The notes under the pieces: model-generated
What the model was told of the DNA's origin: nothing
The model's input: the letters and a program-made list of their open reading frames with translations, nothing else
Database searches by the model: none
Shown: piece after piece, positions 9,810-18,256 of the stretch
Layout of the letters: each line of letters opens with the position of its first letter
How positions within the stretch are numbered: the first letter of the stretch is position 1
Translations under genes and position numbers: made by a program
NCBI GenBank assembly: GCA_963840855.1
Contig: CAWJBB010000023.1
Location: 1 to 26,561 of the forward strand
Length of the DNA stretch: 26,561 nucleotides
Origin: an uncultured delta proteobacterium
Lineage (GTDB): Bacteria > Desulfobacterota > Binatia > UBA9968
Reading direction: 5' to 3'

Positions 9810-10070
9810 TGCCGACTGAACTTTTCAACTTATCGAACTTCGCAGCCAGGTCGTCTTCCAACATTGTGTTAGGGACGGCGTGAAGAACCCGCATGTTGCC
9901 GGGTACTGCGTGCTAATGGGCTTGACCATGCCAAATTGGTTTTCGCATTCGAATTGTTTGATCCCAATCCAATATGGTTGTAACCGGGTTTGGTTTGTGA
10001 AGGACGTAAAGTTTGTTAACAATTAGTTGGTTAAATCCTTCGATTTGTCTTCTAAATAACTTCATTGCAG

Positions 10071-10087
10071 TGAAGGAAATTCCTTCA
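10071..10087. promoter_or_regulatory. Palindromic candidate enhancer (UAS) for a sigma-54 activator
   Basis: Perfect inverted repeat TGAAGGAA-A-TTCCTTCA, about 75-90 bp upstream of the -24 element. Confidence 0.55.
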
Positions 10088-10159
10088 TTTGCTCGTTAAC
10101 TATTCAACAATGATTTGGCAAAACCCAGAAATACAATTAGATAGAACTTCATTTTGCCG

Positions 10160-10175
10160 TGGTATGTGATTTGCT
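10160..10175 (+). promoter_or_regulatory. Sigma-54 (-24/-12) promoter
   Basis: TGGTATG-TGAT-TTGCT matches TGGCACG-N4-TTGCW with exact GG-N10-GC spacing, in an AT-rich intergenic region. Confidence 0.8.
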
Positions 10176-10210
10176 CTAACATTAACCGGCGATTTTGGAG
10201 CGAAACTCAT

Positions 10211-10618
10211 GTGGTAAATCCGCATAGCGTACTTGTCGTCGATGATGACGAGAATCTTGCCTATACGCTGAGCCTTTTATTGCGTGTCTACGGCTATGAA
10301 GTTTTCACGGCTTTTGACGGCTTCCAAGGCTATGTGGAATACTTCAATCATCCGACGGAGTTCGTGGTCACGGATATTCAAATGCCAGCGATGGACGGGT
10401 TCGAGATGATGCGCTGCATTCGCTCTATTAATCCCAAGGTGAAAACCATCTATGTAAGCGGCGCGCTCGAGCGTTTCGAAAAAGATGTCGAATCCGAAGG
10501 GCATCAGTTTGACGTTGCCGGTCTGCTGAAGCCTATATCGACAACGGCCTTATTGGCACTGATGTCCACGGAATTCGACAAGGCGCAAGCTTCGTACAGG
10601 GCAGACCTGGAAGACTAA
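10211..10618 (+). CDS. Single-domain response regulator (receiver)
   Basis: VLVVDDDE, TDIQMPAMDG, SG and LLKP motifs; GGAG 10 nt upstream of GTG 10211. Confidence 0.88.
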   Translation: MVNPHSVLVVDDDENLAYTLSLLLRVYGYEVFTAFDGFQGYVEYFNHPTEFVVTDIQMPAMDGFEMMRCIRSINPKVKTIYVSGALERFEKDVESEGHQFDVAGLLKPISTTALLALMSTEFDKAQASYRADLED

Positions 10619-10741
10619 GCAATCCTCGTGTGCATATAGCCAAAAGGATTTCGGAATAGCCGCGGGGCGGTAATCATCGATTCAGATGGAAAAGTTCAGC
10701 AAAACAAAATAGGCTCAATCAAAGGAGAATTAGGAGGCTAT

Positions 10742-11521
10742 ATGAAAAGATCTAGTGCGAATACTGGTTTATTATGGCACAGCGGATTGCTGGTTGCGGC
10801 ATTTCTTCTGTCCGGCTGTTTGGCAACCCGTGACTGGGTGCGCGGGCAGATGGACCCGTTGTCCGGCCGCGTGTCAGAAAATGAAAACCGGATTGGAAAA
10901 GCGGAAGGCCAGATCGGGCAACTGGGCAGCAGAATGACTGCCGCCGAGGGCAAGCTAGGCAGCGTCGAAGGCAAGCTCACCGGCGTCGAAGGTAAGGTGG
11001 GCGAAGTAGACGGGAAAGCGGAGCGGGCGCTGACAACCTTGGGCAACCTGAAGCTCGAACGCCGCTTGGTTGTTGATATGAAAGAGGGCGCCAACTTCGG
11101 ATTTAACTCCGCGGCACTGCCGCCCCAGGCGAGAAAGGAGATCGATGGTTTTCTAAGCGATCTCAAGGGAGATCTGGCGGGTGGAGAAAACGCGGTGTTT
11201 GTGGTGGCCGGCCACACTGATAACGCGGGTTCCGAAGACTTAAACTATGAACTCGGCAAGCGCAGGGCCGATGCGGTTAGCCGCTACCTGGTGACGCAAA
11301 AGAAAATGGACCCGCTACGTATCGTGACTGTCTCCTACGGTGAAAACTCTCCTGCCACCGATAATAATAGCCGTGACGGGCGGGCCAAGAACCGGCGTGT
11401 CGAAATCCTGGTCTACCGGGAAGCGATCAATTCTAACACCGCCGCGAATGCTGCGCCGCAACAACAGGAGCAGAAAGGCTCGCAGGTTTCCGATGGCAAA
11501 CAGATGACACGCAGTTATTGA
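10742..11521 (+). CDS. OmpA-family peptidoglycan-binding lipoprotein with heptad coiled-coil stalk
   Basis: Lipobox LSGC, (A/V)EGK heptad repeats, OmpA motifs GHTD..GS...N..LG.RRADAV and RAKNRRVEI; RBS AGGAGG. Confidence 0.92.
   Translation: MKRSSANTGLLWHSGLLVAAFLLSGCLATRDWVRGQMDPLSGRVSENENRIGKAEGQIGQLGSRMTAAEGKLGSVEGKLTGVEGKVGEVDGKAERALTTLGNLKLERRLVVDMKEGANFGFNSAALPPQARKEIDGFLSDLKGDLAGGENAVFVVAGHTDNAGSEDLNYELGKRRADAVSRYLVTQKKMDPLRIVTVSYGENSPATDNNSRDGRAKNRRVEILVYREAINSNTAANAAPQQQEQKGSQVSDGKQMTRSY
10943..11020 (+). repeat. Degenerate 21-bp coding tandem repeat (heptads AEGKLGS/VEGKLTG/VEGKVGE/VDGKA)
   Basis: GCCGAGGGCAAG, GTCGAAGGCAAG, GTCGAAGGTAAG and GTAGACGGGAAA at 21-bp period. Confidence 0.8.
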
Positions 11522-11549
11522 TAGGCGAAACGCGCTTCGGGGGCGTGGG

Positions 11550-11582
11550 AAAAGGCGGAGTCGTAAGACTCCGCCTTTTTTT
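11550..11582. terminator. Bidirectional intrinsic terminator
   Basis: AAAAGGCGGAGTC-GTAA-GACTCCGCCTTTTTTT. Confidence 0.9.
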
Positions 11583-11802
11583 ATTGGTATAAACGGTTGA
11601 TGTAGCCGCTGTCCTCAAGTTCGCGCAAGGAATGGGTATTCCATAACGCCAATGGGTTGAAACCGGCGATTTCAGGATTATGGCACGGCGAGCTATCGAC
11701 CGCCAGCCCGTGTCTTGCCCAAGCGCCTGATTTATCCGCGACGATCCAAAGCGGGGCGTGGGAATTGGAACGATAAATAACTCTCAAAGAATCATTTGCT
11801 AT
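11581..11802 (-). pseudogene. Internally deleted ABC-type (SsuA/NMT1-like) substrate-binding protein remnant
   Basis: An SBP-like N-terminus (LRVIYRSNSHAPLWIVADKSGAWARHGLAV) joins directly to an SBP-like C-terminus (LRELEDSGYINRLYQ). The RBS GGAAGGA sits 8 nt before an in-frame ATA, where ATG would be expected. Confidence 0.55.
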
Positions 11803-11896
11803 GTAGACTATCCTTCCCCCTATTCTGACATCGACCTTGGATTGACCGCCTGGGTCGAGACCTGAGTAAAATTTCCTGTGCGGGCAATTCCCGTGC

Positions 11897-12370
11897 TTAC
11901 TTAGTCAAACGCAGTCCAAACCATAGGGTGATTAAAGCAATGGGAACGATAAGCCAGTTCGTGCTCCTGAGCCGCCTCAGCACACCGTCAAGTTCTTGCT
12001 CAGTGACTGGATCGCCGCCTTCATGCCGTTTGACGAACCTGTGTCCGATGCCCATAGACTGATAGACGCTAAAAAGCACGACCAAGAAAGCAAGGGCAAG
12101 CTTGATGGCCAATTGGTAGCCTAGTTGTTGGACGAAGGTCTCACGGTAAGCTGCTTTGAGCTCGGTCAACTGGAACGCGCCGCTAAAGAGCAACACGCCG
12201 AGGGCGCCCACCTGGAGCGGATTGTAGAACTTTAGGCCGCGGGCTAAGAACCGCGCTTTGTCTTCGTGATCCTGGAGGGTCGCCACTGCCGGCAGTAGAA
12301 CAAACCAGAATCCGAGCACCGCTCCAAGATAGACGACCAGGGACAGGACGTGAAGCCAGGAGTTGAGCAT
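11897..12370 (-). CDS. Four-TM membrane protein, CopD/DUF4149-like
   Basis: WLHVLSLVVYLG start, four hydrophobic helices, LAIKLALAF motif. Confidence 0.7.
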   Translation of the reverse strand: MLNSWLHVLSLVVYLGAVLGFWFVLLPAVATLQDHEDKARFLARGLKFYNPLQVGALGVLLFSGAFQLTELKAAYRETFVQQLGYQLAIKLALAFLVVLFSVYQSMGIGHRFVKRHEGGDPVTEQELDGVLRRLRSTNWLIVPIALITLWFGLRLTK

Positions 12371-12382
12371 GGGAGCGAGAGA

Positions 12383-13197
12383 TCAGGCCCAGGTGAACCG
12401 CGCCCCTTTTTTGACTGGTCGCCCAGGCGCATCGTAGGTTTCGCCGATGGCGTCAAGTTGCTCGCGTATCAGCGCCAGTTCCTTTTGTTGGCGGGTTTCG
12501 AAGATCTGGGCTTCTTTGGCGCGCCGTTCGTTGAACTCAGCCAGCTCTCGCGCTCTGCGGTCAATGAATGCGTTTTGCTCCTGCTCCCATTTGGCGTAGG
12601 AGTCTTTCAAAAGGGTGCGGATTTGAAAGTTGAGGTTATCCCGCACCACTATCGATTTATAGCAGTGGGGACAGAAGATCACGTTGCCGATCATAAAGTT
12701 GCTCACAGGCTCGTCGTGGGTTTTGTCGCACTTGAGGCAACGGAGTGGAATCTTCCAGGAGTCGATTGGGGGAGCGGCACAAAATTGACTTCCGGTTCGG
12801 CGCAGGCGACCGCCGTCGCTACCGGAGCAGCGACGCTTGCCACCGTGCCCCGAGCGGAAGCCTGACTTGGAGCCGCTTTTGCCACTGCCTGCTCGCCGCT
12901 TTTTCCTTGCCCCTTGCGGAAACGCGACTCATAATTGTCGTCGAACTGGACTTCGGGGTGGACGACGCGGGCGCGCGCGATGAGCGCCTCTTCGCTTTCG
13001 ATGTTATTAGGGTCTGTAACGCAGCAGTCCACCGGACAGACGGCGGCGCAGGCTTCATAATCGTGAAAACCCACGCACTCGGTGCACAGCAGGGGATCGA
13101 TGACAAAAATGGTTTCGCCCTGCGAAATGGCGTTGTTGGGGCACTCCGGCTCGCAGGCGCCGCAGTTGATGCACTCGGTCGTAATCATGGTTGCCAT
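12383..13197 (-). CDS. YfhL-type 2[4Fe-4S] ferredoxin fused to a Zn-ribbon and coiled coil; frameshift at G5 run 12768-12772
   Basis: CINCGACEPECP and CTECVGFHDYEACAAVCPVDCC motifs; GGAGG RBS. Adding one base in the homopolymer reads ...PIDSWKIPLRCLKCDKTHDEPVSNFMIGNVIFCPHCYK... into ORF 12383-12706. Confidence 0.8.
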
Positions 13198-13253
13198 GAA
13201 CCCGATCCTCCTAAAGATTCCGATGGAAATTCGATTGGCCCAAAGACCAAAAT

Positions 13254-13282
13254 ATTCTAGATGAAAAAACCTGGGGTTGCAA
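13254..13282 (-). promoter_or_regulatory. Putative sigma-70 promoter of the ferredoxin gene
   Basis: Minus strand TTGCAA, 17 bp, TAGAAT. Confidence 0.55.
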
Positions 13283-13331
13283 ATCAACTTTGTCAAACCG
13301 GCGCGTGCGTTTCGCTTGAATGCTTTCAGAT

Positions 13332-13949
13332 ATGACCGCTGCTTCGAACCGGCAATTTAACGTTGGCACTTGCGGCTATTCTTACCCGGGCGGACCGCCG
13401 CGGGGTTGGAACGAGATATTTTATCCGATGGCGGTCGGGCGCCGCCTCAACGAACTGGAGTTTTACGCCTCGTATTTCAATTTGGTGGAGATCAATTCGA
13501 CATTTTACCGCCCGCCCAAGCCAACAATGACGCGCGCCTGGGTGTCGAGAACCCCGGACGATTTCAAATTCGCCGTGAAAGCTTGGCAGAAATTCACGCA
13601 CGCCAAACGGCTGGGCGGAGAATCCAGTGACCTTCGGCCCTGGGAACCGTTTGCGGCGAATGACGTGGAGTTGTTTTCCGGCGCGTTGATGCCATTGGCG
13701 GAAGTAGGCAAGCTTGCAGCGCTGCTGTTTCAGTACCCCGCTGGTTTCCATTTCGCCCCGGAAAATGTCGAGCGCATCGAGCGCACGCTGGAAGCCTTCG
13801 CTGAATTTCCCAAGGTCATTGAACTGCGGCACCGAAGCTGGAGCGATCATGAGTCTGAAACCCGCGCTATGTATGCGCCGCGGAGGGTGCCTCGGTCCAT
13901 GATCCAACGCTTTCCCGATCTCAGTGATTTTGTGGCGGTCAGCCTGTAA
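13332..13949 (+). pseudogene. DUF72 family protein, apparently internally truncated
   Basis: GTCGYSY, VEINSTFYRPP, FAVKAWQKFTH, LLFQYP and ELRHRSW are present, but the later YxRxHG and FNN motifs are absent. Confidence 0.7.
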
Positions 13950-14058
13950 ATCCATTCTTCGCCGATCTATTATCAATGCTGAGCTTCATTGATATAGTTC
14001 AGTTGCGCTCACTATTACCTATCTCAAAGCCAGCTAACATATTCTCGAGGAGTCTCGG

Positions 14059-15234
14059 ATGGCAAAGATTATCCATGACGAACAAATCCACCTGGAACCA
14101 GGACTCTTTTCCCAAGGTTTCGTCGCCGGGGAATTTGCCTTCGTGGCTCAAGACGCCCGGCTTTCGCACGGCGCTCTTACCGACGAAAGTACCCGTGATC
14201 AAGCGCGGCAAACCGTGGAAAATCTTGACGCCGCGCTCAAAACCGCAGATATGAATCTCACAGACGTCGTCAGCCTGATGGTCTATTTGCCTGACTACTC
14301 GGACGCTGGGCTGGTTTGCGAAGTCTTGGACGCGGCCTTCGGGAAAGATGGCGAAACCCGCCCCGCGGCGACGCTGGTCGGCATCGCGGGCCTCGACGGC
14401 AACTGTCGCGTGCGCATGGACGCGATCGCGACGGCGACTGAAGACCGCCAGTATTTTCACCTGCCCGAATTGCCGCTGGCTCGCGGCAGCCGATGCCACG
14501 GAGTACGCGCCGGAAATTTTGTCTTTTTGTCCGGTGTCGACGCCGCTGATGGTGATGGGAGAATTTCACCGCCGATTGCAATCCAGACGCAAACAACCGA
14601 AGTTCTCGGCCGAATCAACGATATCCTGGGCCGACAGGATTTGTCGCTGCGCGATCTCTGCCGCACGTTCATGTTTATGCCGAGCACGGATTATCGGCCG
14701 GGCTATGGCGAATCGCGCAGAGCCGTTTACGCGGGAATCTTTTCTGCGGACGAGTTTCCGCCCAACTCCGGAATTTATATTCGCGATTTGGGGAAAGATA
14801 TCCTGCTCCGCTCCGTCGCAATTGCCTATCGCGGCGAGAAACAGATCGTCGCTAGCCCCAAGGTAAGAAAATCTCCCGGCTCTTTTTCGCAGGCCGTGCG
14901 GGTCGGCGACTGGCTGTTGATTGCTGGTCAAGACGCGGTGGGATTCCAACGCGAGGTGCTGGCAGAGGGCGATCTGGCGGGACAAACGGAAATCACGCTG
15001 CGCCATGTGCAGCACATCGTCGAGGAAGCCGGGGGAACCTTGGACAACGTGGTGAAAACAACCGTGTATTTAACGGCTGGACAAAACCGCAACGAGTTTG
15101 CCGGCGCGTATTGCAACTTCTTCAAGCAACGTGCAACGACACTCCCAGCGGGTCTTACTCTCGAGGTCGTCGAGTTGTCTCCTGGTTGTCTTGTCGAGAT
15201 CGACGCCGTGGCTTACTTGGGACGCCATCGATAG
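14059..15234 (+). CDS. Rid (YjgF/YER057c/UK114) family protein with three tandem domains
   Basis: Three ~130-aa repeats: FSQGFVAGEFAFVAQ, HGVRAGNFVFLSG and FSQAVRVGDWLLIAGQ; ends in LVEIDAVA; RBS GAGGAG. Confidence 0.88.
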   Translation: MAKIIHDEQIHLEPGLFSQGFVAGEFAFVAQDARLSHGALTDESTRDQARQTVENLDAALKTADMNLTDVVSLMVYLPDYSDAGLVCEVLDAAFGKDGETRPAATLVGIAGLDGNCRVRMDAIATATEDRQYFHLPELPLARGSRCHGVRAGNFVFLSGVDAADGDGRISPPIAIQTQTTEVLGRINDILGRQDLSLRDLCRTFMFMPSTDYRPGYGESRRAVYAGIFSADEFPPNSGIYIRDLGKDILLRSVAIAYRGEKQIVASPKVRKSPGSFSQAVRVGDWLLIAGQDAVGFQREVLAEGDLAGQTEITLRHVQHIVEEAGGTLDNVVKTTVYLTAGQNRNEFAGAYCNFFKQRATTLPAGLTLEVVELSPGCLVEIDAVAYLGRHR

Positions 15235-15355
15235 ACAATCAGGACCTGATTGGATCGGAGGACGCAGGAGCGCCGCGCCGGGCGAACTGCCGCGGCGGCG
15301 TTGGATTGTCATGGCGGCAAACTCGCTTCGCCGCGGTTGCCGCCGCGGACTCATC

Positions 15356-16391
15356 CTAATTCCCCAGGACTTTCTTGAGACGCTCGATGATATCCGGCGG
15401 CTGGGTCGTTACGTCTTTAGCAAGTTTCTCCAATTCTTCGCCGCCGACCGGATCGAATTCGTAGTTTCGCTTCTTGACTTCGGTGCGGAACTGCTCGTCG
15501 CTCATGGTCTTTACAAACGCGTCCCTGAGAATCTTGAGACGGTCACGCCGGCATGCCCGGAGGGCCGAACATCGGCCGGCCCATGTCACCGGCGGCGAGA
15601 AGCACATTACTCAGACGCCTTCCCGACTCTGGAGTTTTGTGTCGATCCATGATTTCCGCAATGGTGGGAACATCCGGCAACCGTTCGTCCCTTTTGCTTC
15701 CCGTCTGAAACAGGTGTCGAACAAAATTCTTCTTGCGCCAGGTATGGTACGGCTCGCGGCCAAAAAACGCTTCGATGGTAAACGCGCGGCAGTGAATCTC
15801 GCCGCGCTCGACAGCGAGGTCAATGTCTGTTCCGCCCGGATAGCCGGTGACGATGGCGAACTTCGCGCCAACGGTGTCTTGCAATAATTTGGGCAGGTAA
15901 GAATCCGGCCCGGTGACTCCTGTAGCGCCGCATTTCGGCGGCTCTTTGGCCGTGCGGACATCTTCGATGGTTTTATACGGCGTGTCCGCGCGCATATACA
16001 TTTGGCTATCACCGCGCGCCGGCGAACCGATCCAGGTAAACTTCGCCCAGTCGAACTGAATCTCAGATCTGCCGAGCAACTGATTTAGATACAGCGAAGG
16101 GATAACTGAACCGATGATCGTCAAGCCATCCGGTTTTACATTGCTATAAAGATGATTCACCGCGACTACATGGCCCGCGCCGGGCATATTCTGCACGATG
16201 AAATCTGGGTTTCCCGGAATATGCTTACCCATGTACGTGACAATGAGCCGCCCCCACAGGTCGTAGAGGTTCCCCGGCGGCGTGCCAATGATGACCTTGA
16301 TGGTTTTTCCCTGGTAAAAAGGCGCCTGGGCATGTGCAGCCGGCAAACAGGCCAGCAGACAAAGAATAAACGGCACGGAGAGTTTTTTCAT
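15356..16391 (-). CDS. Tripartite tricarboxylate transporter substrate-binding protein (TctC/Bug); frameshift near 15548
   Basis: Signal peptide, FYQGKTI, VQNMPGAG, PDGLTI and GYPGGTDIDLAVERGE. The C-terminus (DRLKILRDAF...) continues in the adjacent frame to 15356. Confidence 0.88.
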
Positions 16392-16518
16392 GTTTACACC
16401 TCGGATTGAGCTGAGCCCGCGCGCGTCGCAGCATCGGGCCGTGAATCGCCGCTAACGTAGTCCAACTCGCAGATGAGCGTCAAGTGAAATAGCCAGCGCC
16501 GAAAAGATGCGGGGATCT

Positions 16519-17424
16519 TTACAGCGCCCCTACGTAATTGACCATGCGCTCGCGCATCCCGGCGTCGGGAATAATCCCCATGCCTCCTTGCATATTGTCG
16601 ATAAGGTGCGCGATTTTACTCGTCGCCGGTATCGCGCAGGTTACAGCCGCGTGCGAAATGACAAATTTGAGAAAGAATTGAGCCCAGGTCGTGCAGCCGA
16701 TGTCCTTGGCCCAGGAAGGCAATGGCTTGCCGCGCACCTTGCTGAAAAGCGGGCCGCCGGCGAATGGCCGATTAACCAGCACTGCGATCCGTCTGTCGGT
16801 GGCGAGAGGCAAGAGACGCCGCTCCGCTTCACGCTCGGCGACCGAGTAATTGAGCTGGACGAAATCGAGCTCTTCTGTTTCTAATATGCGCGCCAAATCG
16901 TCGTAGGCGCTGGCGGTGTAGTGAGTAACGCCGATATAGCGAACTTTCCCTTTCTCTTTCCACTGGCGCAGCGTGGCCAGATGGGTGCGCCAGTCAACCA
17001 GATTGTGCACCTGCATCAGGTCCATGCGCTGGGCACGCAATCGACGGAACGACTCTTCCATCTGCCGGATACCGGCTTCCCGCCCGCTGGTCCAGACCTT
17101 GGTGGCGATAAAGAGATGCTTTCTAAGTTTAAGGTCGCCGGCAAGATCGCCGGCGACGCTTTCCGAACTACCATACATCGGCGAGGAATCGATGACGCTG
17201 CCGCCGAGCCGCGCGAATTCGCCGAGGACCTCTTTCAGCGGCGCCCGCGCCGCCGCATCGGCGCCCACATCAAAAGTCTGCCATGTCCCAAGGCCAATCA
17301 CCGGCAGCGATTCTCCCGAACGCGGGATCGGCCGACGGATAATCGACGCGGCCATTGAGTAACCTCCAGTCAGCGCAACGGTGCCGGCGCCGAGCGCCAG
17401 GCGAAACAACTGCCGACGCGACAT
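16519..17424 (-). CDS. Aldo/keto reductase with possible Tat signal peptide
   Basis: IGLGTW, IDSSPMYG, ATKV, DLMQVHNL and IPATS motifs; N-terminal SRRQLF. Alternative start at 17355. Confidence 0.9.
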   Translation of the reverse strand: MSRRQLFRLALGAGTVALTGGYSMAASIIRRPIPRSGESLPVIGLGTWQTFDVGADAAARAPLKEVLGEFARLGGSVIDSSPMYGSSESVAGDLAGDLKLRKHLFIATKVWTSGREAGIRQMEESFRRLRAQRMDLMQVHNLVDWRTHLATLRQWKEKGKVRYIGVTHYTASAYDDLARILETEELDFVQLNYSVAEREAERRLLPLATDRRIAVLVNRPFAGGPLFSKVRGKPLPSWAKDIGCTTWAQFFLKFVISHAAVTCAIPATSKIAHLIDNMQGGMGIIPDAGMRERMVNYVGAL

Positions 17425-17536
17425 GCCTCTTGTGCGGATTAAGATCGCCATTCGCATCAATCTTGGTTACAATCTACGCCCTCGGCACCCCCGGCGGCAA
17501 GCGCCGAGTGTTCGGCATCGGCCCATGGCCCAACCG

Positions 17537-17562
17537 GGAACCATGCAGCGTCTTGGGTCGTT
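17537..17562 (+). promoter_or_regulatory. Putative ECF sigma factor promoter upstream of msrA
   Basis: GGAAC-N17-CGTT about 40 nt upstream of the msrA ATG. Confidence 0.5.
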
Positions 17563-17602
17563 ATGTTCTCATCGAAGCTCGCAAAACGCAGGGAGAAAAA
17601 CA

Positions 17603-18220
17603 ATGAGAATCAAAAGACTTATGAATCTATGTCTGGCGCTCGGGTGGATAACAATCTCGCAGTCGGGCACGCTTCATGCGGCAAGCGCCAACGCGGAAAC
17701 GGCCAAAGCGACTTTTGCTGGCGGGTGCTTTTGGTGCATGGAGCCGCCGTTCGATAAGCTCGACGGCGTGTTTGCGACAATTTCCGGTTATGCGGGCGGC
17801 AAGAAGAAAAATCCGACCTATGAAGAGGTTTCTGCGGGCACCACGGGACACACCGAAGTCGTACAGGTGACCTACGATCCGAATAAGATCAGCTACTCCA
17901 AGTTACTCGAAGTTTTCTGGCATAATATCGACCCGCTGACCTCCAATCGGCAGTTTTGTGACGCCGGCAGTCAATACCGCTCAGCGATCTTTGTCCACGA
18001 TCAGAATCAAAAACGCCTGGCTGAAGAATCCAAAGCAACCATTGCCAAGCGATTCAAAACACCCATCGTCACGGAAATTGTTCCGTTCACGGAATTTTTT
18101 CCAGCGGAGGACTACCATCAGGATTATTACAAGAAAAATCCTGTTCGCTATCAGATTTACCGCTACGGTTGCGGCCGCGACCAGCGGCTCGAGGAGCTGT
18201 GGGGCGCGGCGCCAAAGTGA
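17603..18220 (+). CDS. msrA: Peptide-methionine (S)-S-oxide reductase with signal peptide
   Basis: GGCFWCME active site, GHTEVV and AEDYHQDYY motifs; N-terminal signal-like segment; GGAG RBS. Confidence 0.95.
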   Translation: MRIKRLMNLCLALGWITISQSGTLHAASANAETAKATFAGGCFWCMEPPFDKLDGVFATISGYAGGKKKNPTYEEVSAGTTGHTEVVQVTYDPNKISYSKLLEVFWHNIDPLTSNRQFCDAGSQYRSAIFVHDQNQKRLAEESKATIAKRFKTPIVTEIVPFTEFFPAEDYHQDYYKKNPVRYQIYRYGCGRDQRLEELWGAAPK

Positions 18221-18256
18221 TCCAGCTCGAAAAATCGCTGGGCAAGAAAATATGCG

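Noticed and set aside
9915-9935. Second, minus-strand sigma-54 promoter (TGGCATGGTCAAGC)
   Set aside because: GG-to-GC spacing is 9 rather than the required 10 nt.
9810-10000. GlmY-like sRNA or the 65-aa ORF 9825-10022
   Set aside because: No recognisable terminator or conserved structure; the ORF lacks an RBS and recognisable motifs.
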